Below are positions 32,367 to 59,573 of a stretch of DNA of 64,000 nt, in pieces. Location: NCBI RefSeq assembly GCF_009914755.1, contig NC_060926.1; one strand, written 5' to 3'. Under the pieces are notes generated by a model. The model was given only the letters and a program-made list of their open reading frames with translations. It had not been told where the DNA came from and did no database searches. Origin of the DNA: the human T2T-CHM13v2.0 reference genome, Homo sapiens. Position 1 is the stretch's first letter. Every line of letters starts with the position of its first letter. Made by a program: the position numbers and the translations under genes.

Positions 32367-34455
32367 TAGCTGGGATTACAGGCGCCCGCCACCATGCCTG
32401 GCTTACTTTTTGTATTTTTATTAGAGATGGGGTTTCACTATTTTGGTCAGGCTGGTCTCGAACTCCTGACCTCGTGATCCCTGCCCACCTTGGCCTCCCA
32501 AAGTTCTGGGATTACAAAGCACTTTGTAAGCCACTGTGCCCAGCCGTAAGTCAGTTTTTATACCCCTTCTTTCATCCCTGATTTTAGTAATTAGAGTCTT
32601 TCTTTTTTCTTGGTCAATCTCAAAAAACAAAAGCTTTATGAATTTAAAAACGTTTTTCAAGCCGGGCACGGTGGCTCACTCCTGTAATCCCAGCACTTTG
32701 AGAGGCTGAGGCAGGCTGATCACGAGGTCAGGAGATCGAGACTATCCTGGCTAACACGATGAAACACCATCTGTACTAAAAAAATACAAAAAAAAAAAAA
32801 TTAGCCGGGTGTGGTGGCGGGTGCCTGTAGTCCCAGCTACTCAGGAGGCTGAGGCAGGAGAATGGCATGAAACCGGGAGGCGGAGCTTGCACTGAGCCAA
32901 GATCGCGCCACTGCACTCCAGCCTGGGCGACAGAGCGAGACTCTGTCTCAAAAAAAAAAATTTTTTTTCAAAACAGCAACTTTTGCCTTTGTTGATTTTC
33001 TCTACTCTTTAAAAATGAGTTTTAAAAAATTTAATAGTGATTAAAAAAAAGATTTACCAACTTAACTTTTTTTTTTTTTTTGAGCCAGAGTTTCGCTCTT
33101 GTTGCTCAGGCTAGAGTGTACTGGTACGATCTCGACTCACTGCAACCTTCACCTCCAGAGTTCAAATGATTCTCCTGCCACAGCCTCCTGAGTAGCTGGG
33201 ATTACAGGCATGCACCACCACGCCCCGCTAATTTTGTATTTTTAGTAGAGACGGAGTTTCTCCATGTTGGTCAGGCTGGTCTCCAACTCCCCACCACAGG
33301 TGAATGCCCGCCTCGGCCTCCCAAAGTGCTAGGATTACAGGCGTGAGCCACCGCACCCAGCCCAACTTAACCTTTTTTTTTTTTTTTTTTTTTGAGATGG
33401 AGTCTGTCACCCAGGCTGGAGTGCGGTGGCGTGATCTCGGCTCACTGCAAGCTTGCCTTCCGGGTTCACGCCATTCTCATGCCTCAGCCTCCCGAGTAGC
33501 TGGGACTACAGGTGCCCGCCACCACGCCCAGCTAATTTTTTTTTTGTATTTTTTTAGTAGAGACGGGGTTTCATGTTGTTAGCCAGGATGGTCTTGATCT
33601 CCTGACCTCATGATCGGCCCACCTCGACCTCCCAAAGTGCTGGGATTACAGGCGTGAGCCACCGCACCCGGCCCAACTTAACCACTTGCAAGTGTGCAAT
33701 GCAGTAGCCTTATGTTGCTGTGCAATGTATCTCCAGAAAGTTTTCATCTTTTATTTCTATTTATTTATTTATTATTTTGAGACATGATCTTGCTGTCACC
33801 TGGGATGGAATGCAGTGGTGCGATTATGGGTCTCTGCAACTTCGAACTCTTGCGCTCAATCAATCCTCCTGCCTCAGCCTCCCAAGTAGCTGGGGACTAC
33901 AGGTGCGTACCACTGAGCTGGGTTAATTTTTTTTTTCTTTTGTAAAGAGAGAGTCTTGCTTTGTTACCTAAGCTGCTCTTAAACTCCTGATTTCAAGCAA
34001 TCCTCCCACCTCGGCCTCCCAAAGTGTTGGGATTACAGGCACAAGCCACCACTTGGCCCAACTTTATCTTTTAAAACTTGAACATCTATACCCATGAAAC
34101 AACAATTCTCCATTTCCTCCTCCCCCTAGTTTCTGATGGCCACCATTTGATTTGCTGTTTCTGTGAATTTGACTACTTTAGATACCTCATATAAGTGGAA
34201 GCATACAGTATTTGTATTTTTGCGACTGGCTTATTCCACTTAGCATGATGTCCTCAAGGTTCTTCCATGTTATAGCATGTAACAGAATTTCTTTCCTTTT
34301 TAAGGCTGAGTAATACTCCATTATTTGTATACACCACATTTTGTTTTTCCACTCATCTGTTGATGGACATTTAGGCTGCTTCTGCGTGTTGGCTATTGTG
34401 AATAATACTGCTATAAATACAGATGTGCAAATACCTCTTACAGGCCCTGTTCTCC

Positions 34456-34945
<490 letters not shown>

Positions 34946-35208
34946 CTAATGGGTGTAAGATAATATTTCCTTGTGATTTTGATTTGCATTTCTCTAATGA
35001 TGATTAGGAATGTTGAGCATTTTTTGTTTTGTTTTTGTTTTTGTTTTGAGACACAGTCTCACTCTGTCACTCAGGCTGGAGTACAGTGTTGGGATCTTGG
35101 CTCGCTGAAACCTCTGCCTCCTAAGTTCAAGCTATTCTGTGCCTCTGCCTCCCAAGTAGCTGGGATTACAGGTGCCTGCCACTATGCCCGGCTAATTTTT
35201 GTATTTTT

Positions 35209-35634
35209 TTTTGAGGGTTTCAAAATGTACTTTATTTCTTCAATAATGCCATATCTTAATGGGTACACAGTGTTTTAACTTGGCATCAATTATGAGCTGT
35301 TTCTTAAACAATTCATTATTACACCAGCTGGGATGATTACTGATCTCTCCATTCCTTTGGGGTGACTCTGCCACCAGGGCACAGGTTCCATTCTATTCTG
35401 ATTTGTGTTGCTACATATGTCCATATAGCAATACAGAAAGTGGCTCCACTAGCTAATACAGCATTATCGTATTGTCATGAAAATCAGGTGTACTTTTCTG
35501 GTGGCTCTGCCTTGCCATTGTTTGCTGAATGCTTTGATCTTGGAGATGACTTACTGCATTTTTTGAGCAAGCGAAACATCGTGAAGGTGAAGATCGAACT
35601 GTGGGAATGCAGCTGCTGCTTTGGTGCAAATTCC
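35209..35634 (-). pseudogene. Processed COX7B-like pseudogene (CDS-homologous 35579 to 35337) inserted into an Alu
   Basis: Minus strand reads MFRLLK...SIQQTMARQSHQKSTPDFHD...NAVLASGATFCIAIWTYVATQIRIEWNLCPGGRVTPKEWRDQ* across a +1 and a -1 frameshift; intronless; AATAAA (tttatt 35231); short poly(A); 15-bp TSD aatttttgtattttt at 35194-35208 and 35635-35649. Confidence 0.9.
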
Positions 35635-35699
35635 AATTTTTGTATTTTTAATAAAGATGGGGTTTTGCCACGTTGGCCAGGCTGGTCTCGAGCTACTGA

Positions 35700-36038
<339 letters not shown>

Positions 36039-36561
36039 TGATCCGCCCGCCTCGGCCTCCCAAAGTGCTGGGATTACAGGCGTGAGCCACCGCGCCCGGC
36101 CTTCTCACGCTTTTTATACATTTCTGTATCAACTTTAGAAAAATGTCTAGTCCAGCCTTTTGCTCACTTATGTTTGTTGTTGTTAAGGTCTCTATTGTTT
36201 TTCTAGTTTCTATTTCACTAATTTCAGCTTTGACCTTTTTGTCCTTCCTTCTGCTTGCCTTAAGCATGGTTTGCTCTTTTTTTTTCCCAGGCTATTGATT
36301 TGAGGTCTTTTTTTTAAGTCCACTGATATTCAAGGTAATTATTGATAGGTAAGGATTACCACTGTCATTTAAAAAATTGTTTTCCTGGCTGGGCGCAGTG
36401 GCTCACGCCTGTAATCCCAGCACTTTGGGAGGCCGAGGTGAGCGAATCACCTGAGGTCGGGAGTTCCAGACCAGCCTGACCAACATGAAGAAACCCTGTC
36501 TCTACTAAAAATACAAAATTAGCCAGGCGTGGTGGCACATGCCTATAACCCCAGCTATTCA

Positions 36562-36666
<105 letters not shown>

Positions 36667-36812
36667 TCAAAAAAAAAAAAAAAAGTTTTCCAGATGGGCA
36701 CAGTGGCTCATGCCTGTAATTCCAGCATTTTGGGAGGCCGAGGTGGGCAGATCACTTCAGGCCAGGAGTTCGAGACCAGCCTGGCCAACATGGTGAAATC
36801 CTGTCTCTACTA

Positions 36813-37049
<237 letters not shown>

Positions 37050-37236
37050 TCAATGACTTTCTGTAGTGGTATGCTTTGATTACTTGCTTTTTAGAGGTCA
37101 TTCTTTTTTAAATATAGTCTTTACAGGTATACATTTCCTTCTTAATGTTGCTTTAGCTGTATCCCATAAGTTTTCGTATGTTGTATCTTCATTTATCCAT
37201 CTCAAATTTCTCTAATTTTCTAATTTCACGTCGTGA

Positions 37237-37512
<276 letters not shown>

Positions 37513-38359
37513 TAGCCAGGATGGTCTCGATCTCCTGACCTTGTGATCCGCCCGCCTCAGCCTCTCTAAGTGTTGGGATTACAGGCATGAGCCACCGCAC
37601 CCAGTTTCCCTTGTGATTTCTTTTTTGACTCATTGGTTATTTAGAAGTGCGTTGTTTAATGTCCAAATGTTTGTAAATTTCTCAAATTTCTGTTGTTGAT
37701 TTCTAATTTCATTCCATTCTGGTCAGAACACATATGCTTTATGATTTCAATTCTTTTAAATTTATTGAGGGTTTAGGAGTACAAAAGGCTTATTGAAAAA
37801 AGAATCATTGAAGTTTTTCTTATGCTCTAGCATATGGGTTATGCTAAAGAGTGTTCCAAGTGCACTTAAGAAGAATGTGTATTTTGATATTGTTAGGTGG
37901 AATTTTCTATAGATGTCTATTTGGTCTAGCTTGTTTAAACCATTGTTGAAGTCTTGTATTTTCTTGATGATCCCTGTCTAGTGGATCTATCCATTATTGT
38001 TTTTAAAAATACATTTGATGGTTGAAAGCAAAAATTAGGCCAGGCGTGGTGGCTCACACCTATAATCCCAGCACTTTCGGAGGCCAAGGCGGGCAGATCA
38101 CTTGAGGTCGGGAGTTTGAGACCAGCCTGACCAACATGGAGAAACCCCGTCTCTACTAAAAATACAAAAATTAACCAGGCGTAGTGGCGCATGCCTGTAA
38201 TCCCAGCTACTTGGGAGGCTGAGGCAGGAGAAGCACTTCAACCTGGGACAGGAGGTTGCAGTGACCCGAGATTGCGCCATTGCACTCCAGCCTAGGCAAC
38301 AATAGCAAAACTCTGTCTCAAAAAAAAAAAGAAAGAAAGAAAGAAAAGAAAGCAAAAGC

Positions 38360-44975
<6,616 letters not shown>

Positions 44976-45747
44976 TTATATATTTTTTAAAAAGTAATCA
45001 CCACTTTGTGCACCTGTTTCCTTACCACCTAGTTCCTCCTTTTCCATGGGCAGGTGGGCTTTGGTCTGTACCACTTTTTTCAAAAGTGAGCTTTTAGAGG
45101 AGAAGGCAGAGCAGATGTCTGAATAGAACCCTCCAGCAAGCATCATCCCAACCCTCTGCCCTGCAGGAACACCAAATGGAACAACTATCTACATAAAAAG
45201 GCACCTTTATAAGACACAAAGATCAGATGAGTGATCACAGTACCTGGTTTTTAACATTATATCAAGGAAAGAGGCACTGAAGAGGGAAGGAAAGACAGTC
45301 TTGAATTGTTGATGCCACCTGTCCCCCATATCCCCAGTAGTAGCAGCAGCCTCATGACAAGAGAGAATCTGTGTGATTTGGGGAGGGAGAGTGCAGTGAT
45401 TGTGAGACTTTGCCTTGGAACTCAGTGCCTCTCTGTAACATCGGAAAGCAACACAGGGCAGAATTCATCAGGTACCTTTGGAGGAAGCATTTGGACCAGC
45501 CATAGCCAGAAGGGAATTATCCATCCTAGTTGTCAGAACCTGAACTCCAGCAAGCCTTGCCACCATGGGCCAAAGTGCCCTGGTGTCCTAGGGCACTAAA
45601 CTTAAAAGGCAGTCCAGGCCACAAGGACTACAATTTCTTATCAATTTTGGTGCTATGCTTTTTTGGGCTCAGAGCCAGTGAATTCTGGGTGCACATAACC
45701 TAATGAGACAACAGATGGGGTGGCTGAGAGCCCAGCACCCCAGGTAG

Positions 45748-45969
<222 letters not shown>

Positions 45970-47443
45970 TAGAGACAGGGGTCTCACTATGCTGCCCAGG
46001 CTGCTCTCAAACTCCCGGGCTAAAGCAATCCTCCAGCCTTGGTGGCCCAAAGTGCTGGGATTACAAGTATGGGCCACCATGGCTGGCCAAGACTTTTTTC
46101 TTCTGTGGGGAGAGTAAAGAGGACTCTATCTTGCAACTTGGATACCAGCTCAGCCACAGTAAAATAGGACACCAGGCAGAGTTCTGAGGCCCCCATTTAG
46201 GCCCTAGCTCCCAGATGACATTTCTGGACACACCCTGGGCTGGAAGGGAACCCACTGCCTTGAAGGGAAGAACCCAGTCCTGGCAGAATTCATCAACTGC
46301 TGACTAAAGAGCACTTGGGCCTTGAGTAAACATCAGTGGTTGCCAGGCTGTACCCACTGTGGGCCTTGGGTGAGACGCAGTGCCATGCTGGCCTCAGGTG
46401 TGACCCAGTGCATTCCCAGCTGTGGTGGCCATGGGGAGAGTCTCCTTCTGCTTGATGAAAGGAGAGGGAAGAGTAAAGGGGACTTTGTCTTGCAGCTTGG
46501 GTACCAGCTTGGCCACACTGAGACAGAGCACCAGGTGGGCTCCTGGGGTCCCTGATTCTAGGCCTTGGCTCCTGTCTGGCATTTTTGGACTTGCTCTAGG
46601 CGAGAGGGAGCCCTTTGTCCTCAAAGAAGAGACCCAGCCTGGCAGCAATCACCAGAAGCTGGCTGAAGAGCTCTTGGGGCTTGAGTGAACACTGGCAGTA
46701 GCCAAGTAGTACTCACTGTGGGCCTGGGGTTGTGGTGGACACAGGGAAAGGTTCCTTCTGCTTGAGGAAAGGAAAGAGAGGAGTGGAAGGACTTTGTCTT
46801 GTGGCATGGGTGCCAGGTCAGCAGCAGTAGAATAGAGCACCAGATAGATTCCTAAGTTTTCCAACCCCAGGCCCTGACTCCCAGATGGGATGATATCTCT
46901 GGACATACTTGGAAATAGGGGGAATGAACTTCCCTGAGAGGAAGACTGTAAGCCTGGCTGGATTCATGACCTGCTGACAGTAGAGCCTGTGCGCTGTGAG
47001 GGAACAACAACGGTAACCAGGCAGCGGTTGCCATAGGCCTTGGGTGAGACCCAGTGTTGTGCTAGCTTTGGGTCTGACCCAGTGCAGTCCCAGTGGTGGT
47101 GGCCACAGGGGTTCATATGTCACCCCTCCCCAAGGTCTAGTCAGCTCAGCATGGACAGAGAGAGAGACTCTATTTGGGGGAAGGCAAGGAAAGAGAACAA
47201 GAGTCTCTGCCAGGTAATCTAGGGAATTCTCCCAGATCTTACCCAAGACTACTGGGGTAGTACCTCTTCAAGTCTGCAGGAGTCACAGCATTATTGGGCT
47301 TGGGGTGCACCCTAATGCAGATACAGCTGCAGTCATCAAAATCTTAGATCACAACACTCAATTCCCTTTGAATACTTGGAAAGCCTTCCCAAGAAGGACA
47401 GGAACAAATAAGCCAGACTGCAAAAACTATAATAAATTATCTA

Positions 47444-47611
<168 letters not shown>

Positions 47612-48334
47612 CTAGCTACTTGGGAGGTTCAGGTGGGAGGATTGCTAGAGCCCAGCAAGTCAAGGGTGCATTGAGCTGCAATCTCATCACTGCACACCAG
47701 CCTGGGTGACAGAGTGAGACCCTGTCTCAAAAAAAAATAATTAAAAAATAATTAAAAAATGAATATCTAAACTTTCAATGCTCAAACACTGACGATCATC
47801 CACAAACATTAAGATCATCCGGGAAAATGTGACCTTACCAAACTAACTAAATAAGGCACCAGTGGCCAATCCCAGACTGACAGAGATATGTGATCTTTCA
47901 GACACAGAATTCAAAATGGCTGTTCTTGGGAGGCTCAGTGAAATTCTAGATAACACAGAAAAGGAATTCAGAATCCTATCAGATGAATTTAACAAAGAGA
48001 CTGAAATTATTAAAGAGAATCAAACAGAAATTCTGGAGCTGAAAAATTTAATTGACATCCTGAAGAATGCATCAGAGTTTCTCAACAGAATTGATCAAGT
48101 AGAAGAAAGAATTAGTGAGTTTGAAGACAAGCTATTTGAAAATATACAATCAGAAGAGACAAAAGAAAAAAGAAAAAAAAGGGTGAAGCATGCCTACAAG
48201 ATTTAGAAAATAGTCTCAAAAGGGCAAACCTAAAAGTTACAGGCCTTAAAGAGGAGATAAAAAGAGAGATCATGGTAGAAAGTGTACTCAAAGGGGTAAT
48301 AACAGAGAATTTTCTTTTTTTTTTTTTTTTTTGA

Positions 48335-48496
<162 letters not shown>

Positions 48497-49825
48497 TAGA
48501 GATGGGGTTTCTCCATGTTGGTCAGGCTGGTCTCAAACTCTCGACCTCAGGTGATCTATCTGCCTCAGCCTCCTAAAGTGCTGGGATTACAGGTGTGAGC
48601 CACCATGCCCAGCCAATAACAGAGAACTTTCTTCACTTAGAGAAATATATCAATATTCAAGTACAAGAAGGTTATAGAACACCAAGTAGATTTAACCCAA
48701 ATAAGACTGCCTCAATACATTTAATAATTAAACTCCTAAAGGTCAAGGATAAAGAAGAAATACTAAAAGTGGCAAGAAAAAAGAAACAAATAACATACAA
48801 AGGAGCTCCAATACGTCTGGCAGCAGACTTCTCAGTGGAAACCGTGCAGGCCAGGAGAGAGTGACATGACATATTTAAAGAGCTGAAAAGCAACAACAGC
48901 AACGACTACCACAACAAACCCGCTTTTATCCTAGAATAGTATATCCAGTGAAAAAATCCTTCAAACATGAAGGAGAAATAAAGACTGTCTCAAACAAACA
49001 GAAGCTGAGGAACTTCATCAACAATAGACCTGTCCTACAAGAAATGCTAAAGGGAGTTCTTCAATCTGAAATAAAAGGACATTAATGAGCAATAAGAAAT
49101 CATCTGAAGGTTAAAAAAAACACCTCATTGGTAATAGTAAGTACACACATAAACATAGAATATGATTACGCTGTAATTGTGGTGTGTAAACTATTCATAC
49201 CTCGAGTAGAAAGACTAAAAGATGAGGGCAGGGCACTGGCTCACACCCGTAATCCCAGCACTGTGGGAGGCCGAGGCGGGTGGATCACGAGGTCAGGAGT
49301 TCGAGACCAGCCTGGCCAACATGGTGAAACCCTGTCTCTACTAAAAATACAAAAATTAGCTGGGCGTGGAGGCACGCACCTGTAATCCCAGTTACTCAGG
49401 AGGCTGAGGCAGGATAATCACTTGAACCCAGGAGGCGGAGGTTGCAGTGAGCCAAGATCACGCCATTGCACTCCAGCCTGGGCGGCAGGGCAAGACTCCA
49501 TCTCAAAAAAAAAAAAAAAAAGACTAAAAGATGAACCTATCAAAAAATAACAACGGTTTTTCAAGATATAGACAATATAATAAGATATAAAAAGAAAAAA
49601 CAAAATGTTAAAAAGTGGGGAGATGAAGGTAAAGTGTAGAATTTTTATTAGTTTTCTCTTTGCTGATTTGTTTTTACAGTGTTATGTTTTCATCAGTTTA
49701 AAATAATAAATTATAAGATGATATTTGCAAGCCTTGTGGTAACTTCAAATAAAAAAACCTAAAACAGATACAGAAAAAATAAAAAGCAAGAAATTAAAAC
49801 ATACCACCAGAGAAAATCACCTTCA

Positions 49826-49967
49826 CAAGAAGGAAGGAAGGAAGGAAGGAAGGAACGAACAAACGAAGGAAGGAAGGAGGAAGGGAGGGAGGGAGGGATG
49901 GAGGGAGGGAGGCAGGGAGGGGAGGGGAGGGGAGGGAGGAAGGAAGGAAGGTAGGTAGGTAGGAAGG
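49826..49967. repeat. (GGAA)n/(GGGA)n purine-rich microsatellite
   Basis: Direct reading. Confidence 0.9.
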
Positions 49968-50377
49968 ACTACAAAACCACCAGGAAACAAGTATCAAAAT
50001 TGAAGTAGTTAAGTGTTCACTTTTCAATAATAATATTGAATATAAATGGACTAAACTCTCCAATCAAAAGACATAGTGGCAGAATAGATTAAAAAAAAAA
50101 AGACCCAACAACCCGTTGCCTACAAGAAACACATTTCACCTATAAAGATACACATAGATTGAAAATAAAGGGATTGGGAAAGGATATTTTATGCAAATGG
50201 AAGCCAAAAGAGAGCCAAAGTAACTATACTACATCATACCAAATAGATTTCAAGACAAAAACTATAAAAAATACAAAGAAGATCATTATATAATGAAAAA
50301 GGGTCCATTCATCAAGAGACTATAACAATTACAAATATGTATGCATCCAATACTAGAGCACCCAGATATATAAAGCA

Positions 50378-50445
50378 AGGAGGGAGGGGAGGAGAGGAGA
50401 GGGGAGGGGAGGGGAGGGGAGGAAAGGGAAGGGAATGGAAGGGAA
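50378..50445. repeat. (GGAGG/GGAA)n purine-rich tract at an L1 ORF2 deletion junction
   Basis: Direct reading. Confidence 0.85.
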
Positions 50446-52494
50446 GCTACAGGCCAATCTCTTGATAAATGTTGATGCAAAAATCCTCAACAACATACTA
50501 GTAAGCAAATTCACCAATATGTTAAAAAAGATCATTTATCATGACCAAGTGGGATTTATCCCAGGGATACAAGAATGGCTCAGTGTATGCAAAGCAATCA
50601 ATGTAATACATCATATCAACAAAATAAAGGACAGAAATGATATGACTACTTCAATAGATGCTGAAAAAACATTTGATAATATTCAACATCTTGGCCAGGC
50701 ACAGTGAGTATCTTATGCCTGTAATCCCAGCACGCTGGGGGGCCAAGGTGAGAGAATCAGTTGAGGCCAACAGTTTGAAACCAGTCTGGCCAATATAGCA
50801 AGACTCCACCTCCACTAAAAATAAAAAATTAATCAAGTGTGGTGGCATGCCCCTGTAGTCCCAGCTACTCAGGAGGCTGAGATGGGAAAATCAATGTATT
50901 TTGTGATTAAAAAAAAAACTCTCAAAAAACTGCGTATAGACAGAACATACTTCAACATAATAAAAACCATATATAACAGACCCACAGCTAGTATCATACT
51001 CAATGGAGAAAAACTGAAAGCCTTTCCTCTAAGACCTGGAACAAGAGAAGGATACCCACTTTCACCGCTGTTATTCAACAAGTACTGGAAGTCCTAGCTA
51101 GAGAAATTAGAGAAGAGAAAGAAATCAGAGAAGAGAAAGAAACAAAGGGCATTCAAATCGGAAAGAAGTCAAATTATTCTTGTTCGCAGATGATATGATC
51201 TTATATTTTAAAAATCTAATGACCTGCTCCCCCAAAAAAACTATTAGAACTGAAAAACAAATTCAGTAAAATTGGAGGATAAAAAACAAACATATAAAAA
51301 TCAGTAGCATTTCTATATGCCAACAGCAAAAAATCTGAAAAATCAAGAAAATAATCCTATTTACAATAGCTGCAAATAAAATAAAATACCTAGGAATTAA
51401 CTTAACCAAAAAGGTGAAAGACCTCTATAATGAAAACAATAAAATACTGATGAAAGAAATTGAAGAGGACACCAATAAATAGAGGAATATTCCATGTTCA
51501 TGGATTGGAAGAATCAATATTTTTTAAATGTCCATGCTACCCAAAGCAATCTACAGATTCAATGCAATCCCTATTAAATACCAATGACATTCTTCAAAGA
51601 AATAGAAAAAATAATCCTAAAATTTATATGAAGCCACAAAAGACCCAGAATAGCCAAAGCTATCATGAGCAAAAAGAACAAAACTGGAGGAATCACATTA
51701 CCTGACTTCAAATTATACTACAGAGCTATAGTAATTGAACAGCATGGTACTGGCATAAAAACAGATGCATAGACCACTAGAACAGAACAGAAAACCCAGA
51801 AACAAATCCACACAGTAGAGTGGACCCGTTATAACAATGGTGTCAAGAATATACATTGGGGAAAGGACGGTCTCTTCAATAAATGGTGCTGGGAAAGCTG
51901 AATATCCATACGCAAAAGAAAGAAACTAGACTTCTCTCTAACCATATACAAAAATCAAATCAAAATGGATTAAACACTTAAAATTAAGACCTCAAACTAT
52001 GAAATTACTACAAGAAAATATTGGGAGAACTCTTCAGGACATTCGTCTGGGCAAAGATTTCCTGAGTAATACCTCAAAAGCACAGGCAAGCAAAGCAAAA
52101 ATGGACAAATGGGATCACATTAAGTTAAAAAGCTCCTGCACCCCAAGGGAAAAAAATCAACAAAGTGAAGGGACAGCCCACAGAAGGGGAGAAATTATCT
52201 GCAAACTATCTATCTGACAAGGGATTAATAACCAAAACATAGGGCAGGTGCAGTAGCTCATGCCTGTAATCCCAGCACTTTGGGAGGCTGAGGTGGGTGG
52301 ATCACCTGAGGTCAGGAGTTTGAGACCAGCCTGGCCACCATGGTGAAACTCCGTCTCTACTAAAAATACAAAAATTAGCTGGGCATGGTGGTGCGTGCCT
52401 GCTGTCACCCAAGCTGCAGTGCAGTGGCGTGATCTAAGCTCACTGCAACCTCTTCCTCCCGGGTTCATGCGATTTTCCTGCCTCACCCTCCTGA

Positions 52495-52701
<207 letters not shown>

Positions 52702-52783
52702 TGAATCTTTTCCAGATTTACTTTGATCAGATCCATCAGAGGAATCCCTATCTATGGCAGCTGTAACATTACTAAATGCATTT

Positions 52784-53817
<1,034 letters not shown>

Positions 53818-53827
53818 TCAAGATTGC

Positions 53828-54147
<320 letters not shown>

Positions 54148-54972
54148 GTCAAGATTGCTCCATGATCCATGGGCTGCAGAATGGACATTGTGTTAGCTGG
54201 CAGGAAAACATTAATCTACTTGTACATCTCCATCAGAGCTCTTGAGTGACTAGGTGCATTGTCAATGAGCAGCAGAATTTGAAAGGAATCATTTTTCTGG
54301 ACAAATGGCCTAGCTTTTGGCTTATCTTGGTTTTTGATATGCCTTCCTCACTAAGCTTAATCATTTCTAGCTTTGATTTAAAGTGAGAGACATGCAACTC
54401 TTCCTTTCATGTGAACACTTAGAAGCCCTTGTAGGATTATTAAGGTGCCTAATTTCAGTATTGTTGTCTCTAGGTGAACAGGGAACTCCGAGAAGAGGGA
54501 GAGAGACTGGGAATGGTGGGTCAGTGAAGCAGTCAGATAGAACAGACACATTCATCAATTAAGTTTGCTGTCTTGTATGAGCATGGCTTGCGGTACCCCA
54601 AAACAATTACAATAAGTAACATCAAAGATCACTGATCACAGATCAATATAACAGATATTATAATAATGAAAAAATTTGAAATATTGTGAGAATTACCAAA
54701 ATGTGATACAGAGACATGAAGTGAGTACATGCTGTTGGAAAACTGGTGCTGAGGCTGGCGTGGTGGCTCATGCCTGTTATCCCAGCACTTTGGGAGGCTG
54801 AGGCGGGCAGATCATTTAAGGTCAGGAGTTCGAGACCAGCCTGGCCAACATGGTGAAACCCCATTTCTACTAAAAATAAAAAAAAATTTAGCTGGGCGTG
54901 GTGGCACACACCTGTAATCCCAGCTACTAGGGAGGCTAAGGCAGGAGAATCATTTGAACCTGGGAGACGGAG

Positions 54973-56026
<1,054 letters not shown>

Positions 56027-56689
56027 GGAGGTTGCAGTGAGCTGAGATCTTGCCACTGTACTCCAGCCTGGGTGGCAGTGTGAGACTCTGTCTCAAAAAA
56101 GAAAAATGATGCAGAAAGATTTGTTTGACACAGGGTGGGCATAAACTTTCAATTTGTAAAAAACATAGTATCTGTGAAGTACAATAAAATGTAGTGCGAT
56201 AAAATGAGGTATGCTTGGACAGCAAAACATCATGTTGTACCTAGTAAATGTATACAATTTTTATTTGTGAATTATACCTCAATAAAGCTGGACAAATGAA
56301 CTGTATTTGCAACATGGTAGGGAATATATGACATTGGACACTAATGCAAATGGAATTTTCAGTGCCTTGGTGAAAATGTTATACCACTGAACAAAAAAAA
56401 AATGTAGTGTAAAATGAAGTAAAATGTGAAAATCCCTAATAAATGCAGAAATATGAACTGCTTATCCAAAAGAGAAAAGTCTTTTGAGTTCCTCAAGAAG
56501 ATTCTCTCTTTGGATGCTGGGCGCGGTGGATGCCGGGCACCTGTATCCGAGCACTTTGGGAGGCCGAGGCAGATGGATCACTGGAGGCCAGGAGTTCAAG
56601 ACCAGCCTGTCCAACACGGTGAAACCCCGTCTCTACTAAAAATACAACAATAACCCGGGTGTGATGGCATGTACCTGTAATCCCAGCTA

Positions 56690-56797
<108 letters not shown>

Positions 56798-57386
56798 TCA
56801 AAAAAAAAAAAAAAAGAAAGAAGGAAAAAGAAGGTTCTCTCTTTGGGCACTCCTTTTCGATATATTCAACATAAATGGATTAATGATACCATTTTTACTA
56901 GGTGAGTATGTTTGGGCAAGTTGCTTCAGTGCTCATTCTCTTGGTTTCCTTTTTTTTTTTTTTTTTTTGGAGACAGGGTCTTTCTCTGTCACCTAAGCTG
57001 GAGTGCAGTGGAGTGAACATAGCTCACTGCAGCCTCCAACACCTAGCCTCAAGAGATCCTCCTGCTTCAGTCTCCCAAATAGCTGGGACTACTGGCAGGC
57101 ACCACCATGCCTGGCTAGTTTTTAATTTCTTTTTTTTTGTAAGCACAGGGTGTTGCTATGTTGCCCAGGCAGGTCTTGAACTACTGGGCTCAAGTGATCC
57201 TCCCACCTCAGCCTCCCAAAGTTTTGGATTACAGGCATGAGCCATGGTGCCTGGCTGTCTTTTGCTTTCCTTATCTGTAAAAACTGAGGATAATAACAGT
57301 ACCCTTACAAAGTTGGTGGAAGAATGATATTAATACAAATGAAGTGCTAACAGAAAGAGCTTTGGAACACAGCAAGTACTTGTTAG

Positions 57387-57731
<345 letters not shown>

Positions 57732-58623
57732 TGAACTCCTGGCCTCAAGCAATCAGCCCATCTGGGCCTCCCAGTGTGCTGGGATTACAGGCGTGAGCCA
57801 TCGTGCCTGGCCCTCTTTTCGTTTTAGAGATAGGAATCTCATTCTCTTCCACAGGCTGGAGTGCAAAGGCATGAACATAACTCATTGCAGTCTCCAATCC
57901 TGGGCTAAAGGGATGTTTCCCCCTCTGCCTTTGGAGTAGCTGGGCCTCAGAACTGTGCCGCAACTACTGACTTCCATCAAGATCTCTGTCCTACCATTTC
58001 ATCTTCCTACTAGGCTATCCCCACATGGATATATAAATGGTACCTCAAGTGAAAGAAATCAACTACCTAAAATAGGATTTTCCACTCCAAACTAGATTTT
58101 CTTTACATGTCATTTCTGTTAATGTGGGTCACACACACTGGTAAGCTCAGAATCATCTTTTTCTTTTCTTTTATTCACATCCAATATTGTTGAAATAAAA
58201 CAAAATGCTGTTTTTCCTTTTTTAGAAAGGCAATACTTGTTCATTATATCAAAATTTAGAAAATATGGAAAAACAAAAAGGATAAAAAATTATCCACAAC
58301 CAAAATAGCCCAAATTTCCAGTTAAAAATGTCAACGCATTTGATATTTGTCCACATAATTCAGACTGTAATGTTTACACAAATGTGAGCTTTTAAAATCT
58401 AAAAGGTTCTCACTATTAAAAATGTTTTGTTAAATTTTGTTTTAAAAGTAAGATTTTAATATCCAAATTCCCAAAATAGACATTTTTGAAGATTTGGAAA
58501 ATACAGACGGCTCAAAATCTTTACATTATTACTGTTAAATTTTGGTATGTTCTGTTATTCTGCTAGTGAAATATATATAGATTTGGGGGGGCTATTCCTT
58601 TTCCTTTTTTTTTTTTTTTTTGA

Positions 58624-59573
<950 letters not shown>

